Part shown: piece after piece, positions 46,603-54,409 of the stretch | Numbering within the stretch: position 1 is the stretch's first letter | Layout of the letters: every line of letters starts with the position of its first letter | From: Desulfatiglandales bacterium | Lineage (GTDB): Bacteria; Desulfobacterota; DSM-4660; Desulfatiglandales; Desulfatiglandaceae | Length of the DNA: 64,000 nucleotides | Direction: 5' to 3' | Assembly: GCA_963662465.1 (NCBI GenBank) | Contig: OY759599.1 | Span: forward strand, 3,776,001-3,840,000 | Notes under the pieces: generated by a model | What the model was told of the DNA's origin: nothing | Seen by the model: only the letters and a program-made list of their open reading frames with translations | The model's database searches: none | Position numbers and translations under genes: made by a program

Positions 46603-47106
46603 ATGGAAAAGGTGAAAATCGGCGGCATCATGCAAAGCGACGGGCGGGCCCTGGTAAAGATCATGTCCGTACCCGATCATGTGGGTGTGGCCGGCGCCGT
46701 TCTGGGCGCCATGGGAAAGCATCATATCAATATAGAATTGCTGGTGGAAAGCTTTGACCTGGATGACTGCGGCAATTTTGCGATGGTCATTGACCAAAAA
46801 GATCTGGATCAGGCTCTTTTGGCACTGGAAGAAATAAAACCCGCCACCCATGCCAAGGCCGTTTCCTATGCGCCGGATGTAGCGGTCATTACGGTTTTTG
46901 CCCCCCATTTAAGGGAGAAACCCTTTGTTCATGGCGCCATGTTCGCTTCATTGGCCGCCGAGGGCATCAGTTCTCTTGCCATCTGTACCTCCATTTCGAG
47001 TATCTCCTGTGTGGTGGAAGGGCAATATATGGCGATGGCGGTTTTATCCCTTGAACAGGTGTTCATTACCCCATCCCAGGTGAAGGAGCGGCCCAAGGAT
47101 TATTAG
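46603..47106 (+). CDS. Tandem ACT-domain protein (aspartokinase beta-like)
   Basis: PDHVGVAGAVLGAMGKHHINI, ICTSISSISCVV. Confidence 0.8.
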   Translation: MEKVKIGGIMQSDGRALVKIMSVPDHVGVAGAVLGAMGKHHINIELLVESFDLDDCGNFAMVIDQKDLDQALLALEEIKPATHAKAVSYAPDVAVITVFAPHLREKPFVHGAMFASLAAEGISSLAICTSISSISCVVEGQYMAMAVLSLEQVFITPSQVKERPKDY

Positions 47107-47116
47107 GAGGTCCAAC

Positions 47117-48253
47117 ATTAAATCGATCATCCTTCAAAATATTCTGGAAAGTATTCCGGTCGGTCTTCTGGTAATTAACCCCGATGGCGAGATTGTCACC
47201 AGCAATCAGTCGGCTTCGGTGATCCTGGGGTATCCCTGCTGCATGTTCGAAGGAAAGGGGTGGGGCGACCTGTTTCTGGAGGATTTGAGAAATCTGGCAT
47301 TTAACCAGGTTATACTGGATGTAATTCAGGAAAAAAAGGTAAATCTCCATCGCAGGGTCTCCTATGTACAACCGGGGGGTAAGATCCTTCAATTGTCCAT
47401 TAGGGGATCTTTTTTAAGGGAGGATGACGCGATCGCGGGCATTGTCCTGATCCTTCATGACGTAAGTGAGTTGACACGGCTCCATGACCGTGAAAAAAAG
47501 GTCTTGAAGGAAAAACACCGTTTGGAGCGGGAGCGGGCTGAAGGATTGACGCGGCTGGCCCTGGCCATTGCCCACCAGATCCGTAATCCCGTGATGTCCA
47601 TCGGGGGATTTGCCGTGCGAATCCTCAAAAAAATCAATGGAAATGCCACGATAACCGCTTACTTGAAAAATATTTTGAGCGATGCACGGCGGCTTGAAGA
47701 GATTGTAAAGGTGGTCAGCAATTACACCCGGATTCCTACGCCGGCCCCTGTAAGGGTTTCTCTTTCAGCTATCTTTGAAAAAGAGATGTTGCGGCTTCAG
47801 GGGAAAGCCTCCGAACTTTCAAAAACGGTCACGGGGTCTCTCCAGCTTGTGGTGACTGAGTTTATGGTTGATCCGGCGCTTTTTTCAAGAGCGATTTATG
47901 AGGTGTTGTTAAATGCTCTGGAGTTTTCAAAAAGCGAGGGATGCGCCGTCAAAATTTTTGTGACAGCGGATCAAAACGGCTTGTTGGTAGAAATCATCGA
48001 TGACGGCATCGGCATTTCGGAAAAAGATATGCCCTATGTTTTTGATCCATTTTTCACCTCCAAGGCCGTCGGGGTCGGCATGGGTCTGTGTCATGTGCGG
48101 CGGATTATCGGCGAGCATGGGGGGGGTGTACGGATTGACAGCGCGCCCGGAAAAGGCGCCAGAGTGATCATAAGGCTCCCCAACCGGTTATTGGAACCGG
48201 TTTTAACAACATCAGGCATGGAGGAAATAATGGATGTTGCCAAAAAAAAATGA
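47117..48253 (+). CDS. PAS-domain histidine kinase with probable ATT start
   Basis: PAS N-cap ILESIPVGLLVINPDGEI lies upstream of the ORF-track GTG (47219); AHQIRNPV H-box; GVGMGL. Confidence 0.85.
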   Translation: MKSIILQNILESIPVGLLVINPDGEIVTSNQSASVILGYPCCMFEGKGWGDLFLEDLRNLAFNQVILDVIQEKKVNLHRRVSYVQPGGKILQLSIRGSFLREDDAIAGIVLILHDVSELTRLHDREKKVLKEKHRLERERAEGLTRLALAIAHQIRNPVMSIGGFAVRILKKINGNATITAYLKNILSDARRLEEIVKVVSNYTRIPTPAPVRVSLSAIFEKEMLRLQGKASELSKTVTGSLQLVVTEFMVDPALFSRAIYEVLLNALEFSKSEGCAVKIFVTADQNGLLVEIIDDGIGISEKDMPYVFDPFFTSKAVGVGMGLCHVRRIIGEHGGGVRIDSAPGKGARVIIRLPNRLLEPVLTTSGMEEIMDVAKKK

Positions 48254-48668
48254 TACGGTAACACGAAATTATCATGTTTTCCTGTTGCTTTTGGTCTGTT
48301 GCATGGTCTATTCCTGCACCAGCCCCTACAGGGGGAAAGAATGCGTCGATGTCAGGGAGATTGTCTGGGATTGTCAGTCTTATTGCGAAAATTCTAAAGA
48401 TCAGGGCATAACCGACCCCATGGCGTGCAAGGGGGGATGCTGGTTGATATCCGAATATGCAAAGCCATTGTTCCGTGAAATCGTCAGCATCGGCATGTGT
48501 GTGGAGCCGGACTATACCACCCGGTGTTGCGCGGCGCTGGATGAGGCACTCAGGGAATGCATGGATGAAAACAGGGAAGTGATGACCTGGGATGTGGAAG
48601 CGGGTGTGTTCAAGTTTGTGCATGATCTGGAAGACCGTTGTTTCAAGCTCTCTGAAAACGGCACTTGA
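48234..48668 (+). CDS. Cys-rich putative lipoprotein
   Basis: Hydrophobic leader ending VYSC; many further Cys residues. Confidence 0.6.
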   Translation: MLPKKNDTVTRNYHVFLLLLVCCMVYSCTSPYRGKECVDVREIVWDCQSYCENSKDQGITDPMACKGGCWLISEYAKPLFREIVSIGMCVEPDYTTRCCAALDEALRECMDENREVMTWDVEAGVFKFVHDLEDRCFKLSENGT

Positions 48669-48696
48669 GTAAACAATAGGGATGGGGAGGACCGGA

Positions 48697-49260
48697 ATGG
48701 GAAAAGGATTGCTCTTTTGGGCGGTCGTGGTGGTACTTTTTTTCGGCGCCTGTGCGTCGTCGAAACCCGTATTCAAGGGGGGGTCGTCTGAGACGGAGGT
48801 TGCCTCCGAAGGGGAACCCAACCTGGTGAGGGTGAGTTACAACCTGGCCGATAGCCTGATCCTCAATCTGAGGGAACCGCTGGCCCGTGATAAAACCATC
48901 CTGGTGGCCTCTTTTGTGGATGTCCGGTATATGCAGCGGTCATCCAATTTTGGTCGAATGATGGCGGAATACATTTGTTCCCGTCTGGGGCAGAAGGGCT
49001 ATAAAGTCATTGAGATAAAGCTTCGAAATGCTGTCTATGTCAAGGAGAAGGGCGGCGAATTCCTGCTGAGCCGTGCCGTCAAAGAGATTTCAGATGCCCA
49101 TGACGCCCAGGCGGTGGTGGTGGGCACTTACGCCCAAGCCATGACGAATGTGTATATTTCAACGCGGGTTGTTCAAGCCGACAACGGAGAAATTATTTCA
49201 TCATGCGACATCAAACTGCCCCTGGATATCGGTCTCAGGTCCATGCTGCATTCATCCTGA
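48697..49260 (+). CDS. FlgO-family outer-membrane lipoprotein
   Basis: Lipobox FGAC; ILVASFVD...FGRMMAE...GEFLLSR...AVVVGTY. Confidence 0.75.
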   Translation: MGKGLLFWAVVVVLFFGACASSKPVFKGGSSETEVASEGEPNLVRVSYNLADSLILNLREPLARDKTILVASFVDVRYMQRSSNFGRMMAEYICSRLGQKGYKVIEIKLRNAVYVKEKGGEFLLSRAVKEISDAHDAQAVVVGTYAQAMTNVYISTRVVQADNGEIISSCDIKLPLDIGLRSMLHSS

Positions 49261-49317
49261 AACGGTACGGGCCCATAACCGGGAGCAGGTTGGGCGGTGC
49301 CAATGGGAGAAAACGGG

Positions 49318-49665
49318 ATGGAGATAGCGGAAGAAAATGTTAATGACCTTAGTGTGATAACGCTAAACGGGCGATTGGATGCAGGGACCGCGAAACGCCT
49401 GCTGGCCTGTGTAAAAGAACTGGTGAAGTGCAATCGGCTCAACATCATACTTGATATGAGCGGTGTGGCGTTTATTGACAGCGCGGGAGTGGGCATTCTT
49501 CTGGCCTCTTACCGGGCGGTTGACGCTCAGGGCGGCGTTATGAAAATATGTGCCATTCAGAACCAGGTAAAGAGCGTCTTCAGCCTGACGCGGCTGGGGG
49601 AATTTTTCGAGCTTTTTGATGACCGGGCTTCCGCTGTAAAGGATTTTGATGCGGTTCTTCCGTAG
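49318..49665 (+). CDS. STAS-domain anti-sigma-factor antagonist
   Basis: LNGRLDA...LDMSGVAFIDSAGVG...VFSLTRL. Confidence 0.9.
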   Translation: MEIAEENVNDLSVITLNGRLDAGTAKRLLACVKELVKCNRLNIILDMSGVAFIDSAGVGILLASYRAVDAQGGVMKICAIQNQVKSVFSLTRLGEFFELFDDRASAVKDFDAVLP

Positions 49666-49726
49666 ATCCCGGTTTCTTTGAAAAGCCATGCAGGATTATG
49701 AACATCATTGTAAGAGGTAACAGCGA

Positions 49727-50602
49727 ATGAAAATTCTGATTTCGGGTGGCACCGGGCAATTGGGACGGGATTGCACAACGGTTCTGGAAAAAAACCACCA
49801 GGTGATCCCTGTAGGTTCAAAAGCCCTTGATATTGGGGACGGTACGGCGGTAAATGCGTTTGTTCAGGATTTGCAGCCGGATGTGATCTTAAATTGCGCG
49901 GCATTTACCAGGGTGGATGACTGCGAAACAAAAAAGGAATTGGCCTGGCGGGTCAATGTGGAAGGGCCCAGGAATCTGGCGGCGGCAGCCGCGAATCGGG
50001 GGGCGCGGTTGATCCATATTTCAACGGACTATGTGTTTGATGGAAAAAAGCCGGTTCCGGAATATTATACGGAAACGGATAATCCCCATCCCATTTCCTA
50101 CTATGGTCTCACAAAGCTGGCGGCGGAGAAGGCTGTTATCGGGGAAACGGACCGTTACACGATTCTGCGCACAGCCTGGTTATATGGGGCGCAAGGGCAA
50201 AATTTTCTTAAAACCATGCTGAGACTGGCGCTTCAAGATCCCCAAAAAGCGATCAAAGTGGTCAATGATCAGTTCGGTTCTCCCACCTGGTCCTACCGAT
50301 TGGCGGAGCAGATTGAAAAAGTGATGGATGCGGATATGAGTGGTATCTTTCATGCCACATCAGCCGACTATTGCACCTGGTATGAACTGGCGACAGTATT
50401 CCTTCATGAAATGAGCATCCCCAACGCTTTTGTTCCCTGCACCACCGCCGAATATCCCACCCCCGCAGCCAGGCCCGCCAACTCAATCCTGGAAAATCAG
50501 CGGTTGAAGGAAACGGGCCTCCATATCATGCGGGATTGGCGGGCGGACCTGATGCAATTTGTTACCCTGTTCAAAGACCGTTTGCTCGATGAGGTGAAAT
50601 AA
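49727..50602 (+). CDS. rfbD: dTDP-4-dehydrorhamnose reductase
   Basis: GGTGQLG, HISTDYVFDG, YGLTKL, DQFGSPT. Confidence 0.95.
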   Translation: MKILISGGTGQLGRDCTTVLEKNHQVIPVGSKALDIGDGTAVNAFVQDLQPDVILNCAAFTRVDDCETKKELAWRVNVEGPRNLAAAAANRGARLIHISTDYVFDGKKPVPEYYTETDNPHPISYYGLTKLAAEKAVIGETDRYTILRTAWLYGAQGQNFLKTMLRLALQDPQKAIKVVNDQFGSPTWSYRLAEQIEKVMDADMSGIFHATSADYCTWYELATVFLHEMSIPNAFVPCTTAEYPTPAARPANSILENQRLKETGLHIMRDWRADLMQFVTLFKDRLLDEVK

Positions 50603-51654
50603 TGGAAAATATGCTGGTAACCGGTGGATGTGGTTTCATCGGGGCTAATTTTATTCGATATCTTTTGGACGAAAGCGACTTCAAGGGCCGCATCATCAAT
50701 GTGGACGCCCTGACCTATGCGGGAAATCCCGAAAGCCTGATGGATATGGCGGAAAAATACAAAGATCGCTATGTCTTTGTGAAAGCGGATATATGCGACC
50801 GGGAACGAATGAACGACCTGTTCGATGCATACAATCCGGATTCGGTCTGCCATTTTGCCGCCGAATCCCATGTGGACCGATCCATTGTGGGGCCCGGCGC
50901 TTTTATTCAGACCAATATCGTGGGGACCTTCAACCTGCTGGAAGCGGCTAGGAACCATGCAGACCAAATTAAACTTTTTCACCACATCAGCACCGATGAG
51001 GTGTTTGGAAGCCTCAGCGCCGAAGGTCTGTTTACGGAAACCACCCCATACCAACCCAACAGTCCCTACTCCGCTTCCAAGGCCTCTTCCGATCACCTGG
51101 TGCGGGCCTACCACGAAACCTACGGCCTACCCGTTACCATCAGCAATTGCTCCAATAATTACGGCCCCTACCAGTTTCCCGAAAAACTGATCCCCCTGGT
51201 CATCCTCAACGCCATGGAGAATAAGGCCCTTCCCATCTACGGAGATGGTCTGAATGTGAGGGACTGGCTTTACGTGCGGGACCATTGTACGGCAGTCTGG
51301 ACCATCATGAAAAGTGGAAAAAGAGGGGAAACCTACAACATCGGCGGCAACACCGAAATGGAAAACATTCGGATCGTGGAGACCATCTGTGATTTGATCG
51401 ATGATCTTCCCGCCATGGAAACAATGCCCTCCCGGCGAACGTTGATTACCTACGTAAAAGACCGCCCAGGCCATGATCGCCGATATGCCATCGATGCCGG
51501 CAAGTTGTACAAGGAACTGGGATGGGTTCCGGAAGAATCCTTTCAAACGGGAATCGCGAAAACCCTTACATGGTATCTGGATCACCCCTTATGGATTGAC
51601 CGTGTCAGGAGCGGGGCGTATCAGGAGTGGATACGTGAGCACTATGACAGATAA
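50602..51654 (+). CDS. rfbB: dTDP-glucose 4,6-dehydratase
   Basis: GGCGFIG, AAESHVDRS, STDEVFG, YSASKA, DRPGHDRRYA. Confidence 0.96.
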   Translation: MENMLVTGGCGFIGANFIRYLLDESDFKGRIINVDALTYAGNPESLMDMAEKYKDRYVFVKADICDRERMNDLFDAYNPDSVCHFAAESHVDRSIVGPGAFIQTNIVGTFNLLEAARNHADQIKLFHHISTDEVFGSLSAEGLFTETTPYQPNSPYSASKASSDHLVRAYHETYGLPVTISNCSNNYGPYQFPEKLIPLVILNAMENKALPIYGDGLNVRDWLYVRDHCTAVWTIMKSGKRGETYNIGGNTEMENIRIVETICDLIDDLPAMETMPSRRTLITYVKDRPGHDRRYAIDAGKLYKELGWVPEESFQTGIAKTLTWYLDHPLWIDRVRSGAYQEWIREHYDR

Positions 51655-52771
51655 CAGAGGTCAGAGGTCAGAAGACAGAAGACAGAGGTCAGAGGTCAGA
51701 AGGCGGAGATCAGAGGTCTGTCGTCCGTCCTCCTCACTCTTCACTCTTCACTCTTCACTCTTCACTTTCTTTCTGTGCCTGATCTTCTCCGTCCTCTGTA
51801 GCTGTTATCCCGCGCCCGTTGAGATTAAGGACGATACGCCGTTTAAGACCGTTGCATTCGAGTCCAGTATCCCCTATGTAACGCCTGAACTTCTGAAAAT
51901 CTACGACGCCAACCTGGACAAGGTGTATCTCATTGGTCCGGGGGATGTATTGAAGGTTGCCGTCTGGAACCGTCCCGATCTGGCAGGGGAACATGTGGTG
52001 GGACCCCACGGGCTTATTACGCTGCCCATGGTCGGCGTGTTCAAGATTGGCGGCATGAGCCGGGAGGATGCGGCACAAGCCATCAAGAAGTTGTATGTGA
52101 AATATTATGAAGATCCTTTGGTGACAGTCGGCATCACCGAATATAAAAACAACAAGGTTTTTGTTCTGGGCCGGGTGGATCATCCGGGCATTATTCATTT
52201 TGATGGGGCCGTTACCCTGCTTGAAGCCCTTTCCATGGCCGGCGGCCTTCCCACGGAGGATAAAAGCGTATTTCTATCAAAATGCTATATTGTTCGGGGC
52301 CGGGATCAGATCATCTGGGTAGATCTGCTGCGGCTCTTGCAGAAGGCGGACATGCGATTGAATGTGCGCTTGGCCAATAATGATATCGTTTATATTCCCG
52401 ACTCCATGGATGCCGCCGTCTTTGTGATGGGCGAAATCAATACGCCGGGTTCAGTGCCTATTCAGACCACGGCACTGACGATTCTGGATGCCATTAATCT
52501 GGCCGGTGGACCCACGGAAAATGCCAATATCGAAGAGATTCGCCTGATCCGGAAGGTGAAGGATCTGGAAGGGGTTAAAACCGTGAATTTAGAAACCATT
52601 CTGGCCCGGGGAGATTTCTCCCAAAACTATGTCCTTCAGGACAATGATATTATCTATCTTCCCAGAAAGGGGATCGCCAGGTTTAATTATTACTTAAGAC
52701 AGATTGATCCTTTGTTGAGAACCTTTATCAGCGGATCGGTTTTGTATGATATTTCAAGACCGAGCGACTAA
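51644..52771 (+). CDS. Polysaccharide export lipoprotein (Wza-like; Poly_export plus SLBB)
   Basis: Lipobox-like LCSC; YLIGPGDVLKVAVW, GLITLPMVG, SLBB repeats. Start at 51644 overlaps the rfbB end. Confidence 0.88.
   Translation: MTDNRGQRSEDRRQRSEVRRRRSEVCRPSSSLFTLHSSLFTFFLCLIFSVLCSCYPAPVEIKDDTPFKTVAFESSIPYVTPELLKIYDANLDKVYLIGPGDVLKVAVWNRPDLAGEHVVGPHGLITLPMVGVFKIGGMSREDAAQAIKKLYVKYYEDPLVTVGITEYKNNKVFVLGRVDHPGIIHFDGAVTLLEALSMAGGLPTEDKSVFLSKCYIVRGRDQIIWVDLLRLLQKADMRLNVRLANNDIVYIPDSMDAAVFVMGEINTPGSVPIQTTALTILDAINLAGGPTENANIEEIRLIRKVKDLEGVKTVNLETILARGDFSQNYVLQDNDIIYLPRKGIARFNYYLRQIDPLLRTFISGSVLYDISRPSD
51655..51769 (+). repeat. Heptamer arrays (CAGARRW)9 and (CACTCTT)4 within the wza-like 5' end
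   Basis: cagaggt/cagaaga-type units at 51655-51717; cactctt x4 at 51735-51762. Confidence 0.9.
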
Positions 52772-52813
52772 ATTTCGTGTCATGAGCTTATAAAAAAAAG
52801 CATACTGGAGAAA

Positions 52814-53797
52814 ATGATCATGAAAATTTCAGTGATTGTTGTCAGTTTCAATACAAATGCCATGCTCAAAAAATGCCTGGAATCGCTGTTTCAATATCCC
52901 GGCGGCCATGAGCTGGAAGTCTTTGTGGTGGACAACGACTCAAGAGATGATTCCGCGGCCATGGTCCGGGAATTCTTCAAGCAGGTCCATCTGATCGAAA
53001 ATAAAACCAATCTCGGGTTTGCCGCAGCCAACAACCAGGCCTATGAACTGGCGACCGGTCAATATATTGTTTTGCTGAATCCAGATGCCTACGTTAAACC
53101 GGGGGCCATGGAAAATGGAGTGACCTTCATGGAAGATCATCCGGAATGCGGACTCTGTGGCGGTCGTCTGGTAAACCTGGATGGTGATCTGGACCCATCC
53201 GCACGAAGATTTCCCAACAGTTTGTACAAATTCTTCACGTTGAGCGGCCTCAGCGATAAATATCGCTCTTCAAAGATTTTTGGTCGGGGGGATTTTAAGT
53301 ATTTTGATCACAACAGCGTTCAGGAGGTGGATTGGGTGCCGGGAACCTTTACCATCTACCGCCGTCGCATGCTGACCCAGACCGGTCTTTTTGACGAGCG
53401 GTTTTTTATCTACTATGAGGAGACGGACCTTTGCCTTCGCGCCAAACGAAATGGTTGGAAGGTGTTTTTTGTTCCCGATGCCGAGGTGATTCATGTGGGG
53501 GGCGGCAGTGCCAGGACCCGAAAGGACCAGAAGTTTGATAAGGGCGGCAGCCAGGTGCTCAAGTTCAGGATGCGGAGCGAATATCTCTATTTTCGAAAAA
53601 ATTTTGGGTTTTTTTCGCTCATGGCCAATGCCGGTGTTGAAATTGGTTGGCATGCGTTGCGGTATCTGGCAAACCTGAGACCCGGTAGTGAAAACCGTTC
53701 CCTGAAACGGGAGGAATCCTTTGGTTTTATTCAGCAGGGGGTTCAGGCTTTGTGGGATACCCGGCTGGGGCGGGTTTCGCCGGAGATACCCTGGTAG
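52814..53797 (+). CDS. GT2 glycosyltransferase (WbbL/rhamnosyltransferase-like)
   Basis: VVDNDSRD, NLGFAAANN, LLNPD, FDERFFIYYEETDLC. Confidence 0.9.
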   Translation: MIMKISVIVVSFNTNAMLKKCLESLFQYPGGHELEVFVVDNDSRDDSAAMVREFFKQVHLIENKTNLGFAAANNQAYELATGQYIVLLNPDAYVKPGAMENGVTFMEDHPECGLCGGRLVNLDGDLDPSARRFPNSLYKFFTLSGLSDKYRSSKIFGRGDFKYFDHNSVQEVDWVPGTFTIYRRRMLTQTGLFDERFFIYYEETDLCLRAKRNGWKVFFVPDAEVIHVGGGSARTRKDQKFDKGGSQVLKFRMRSEYLYFRKNFGFFSLMANAGVEIGWHALRYLANLRPGSENRSLKREESFGFIQQGVQALWDTRLGRVSPEIPW

Positions 53798-53854
53798 ATT
53801 AGTTAAGAGTTAAAAGTTAAGAGTGACAGGTGACGAGTGGTGTGAGGGGATGGT

Positions 53855-54361
53855 ATGGGGATTTTTCCGAATTTAAGAGAGGATTTGAAAACATACGGGG
53901 GGGACTGGGGGTGCCAGGGGTTCTGGGTCATGATCGTTTACCGGTTCGGTCGGTGGCGGTATACCATTTCTAATCCTTGGTTCCGAAAACCCTGTTCCTT
54001 TATGTATAAATTTATGTACAAAGGGATTCAAATCATTACGGGGATTGAGTTTCCCTGTGAGGTGCGGGTTGGTGAAAACTTCAGGATCGATCATTTCGGC
54101 GATATCGTGGTGAGCGGGTATGCCGAATTCGGCGATAACTGCATTATCCGGAACGGCGTCACCGTGGGGTTGAGCCATACGGCCCATCCAGTGGCGCCGC
54201 ATATCGGAAACAATGTGGACATCGGGGTGGGAGCGAAAATCCTGGGAGACATTACGGTGGGCGACAACGTGGTCATCGGCGCCAATGCGGTGGTGATCCG
54301 GGATGTGCCCCCCGACAGTGTTGCGGTGGGTATACCCGCCCGTATCATTTTTAAGTGTTAA
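53855..54361 (+). CDS. Hexapeptide-repeat acetyltransferase (WcaB/CysE-like)
   Basis: IGNNVDIGVGAKILGDITVGDNVVIGANAVV...GIPAR. Confidence 0.9.
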   Translation: MGIFPNLREDLKTYGGDWGCQGFWVMIVYRFGRWRYTISNPWFRKPCSFMYKFMYKGIQIITGIEFPCEVRVGENFRIDHFGDIVVSGYAEFGDNCIIRNGVTVGLSHTAHPVAPHIGNNVDIGVGAKILGDITVGDNVVIGANAVVIRDVPPDSVAVGIPARIIFKC

Positions 54362-54409
54362 GTTTTAGGTTTTAAGTTTTAAGTAAAAAAACGAAAGCGG
54401 AGTGAATCC

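Noticed and set aside
48242..48250. A9 tract as a phase-variation switch at the kinase/lipoprotein junction
   Set aside because: Both genes are readable as they stand (ATG 48234 has a usable RBS); nothing in the sequence shows variation.
8721..54384. CRISPR array
   Set aside because: All repeats found are contiguous 7-mers or gene duplicates; there is no repeat-spacer structure and no cas gene.
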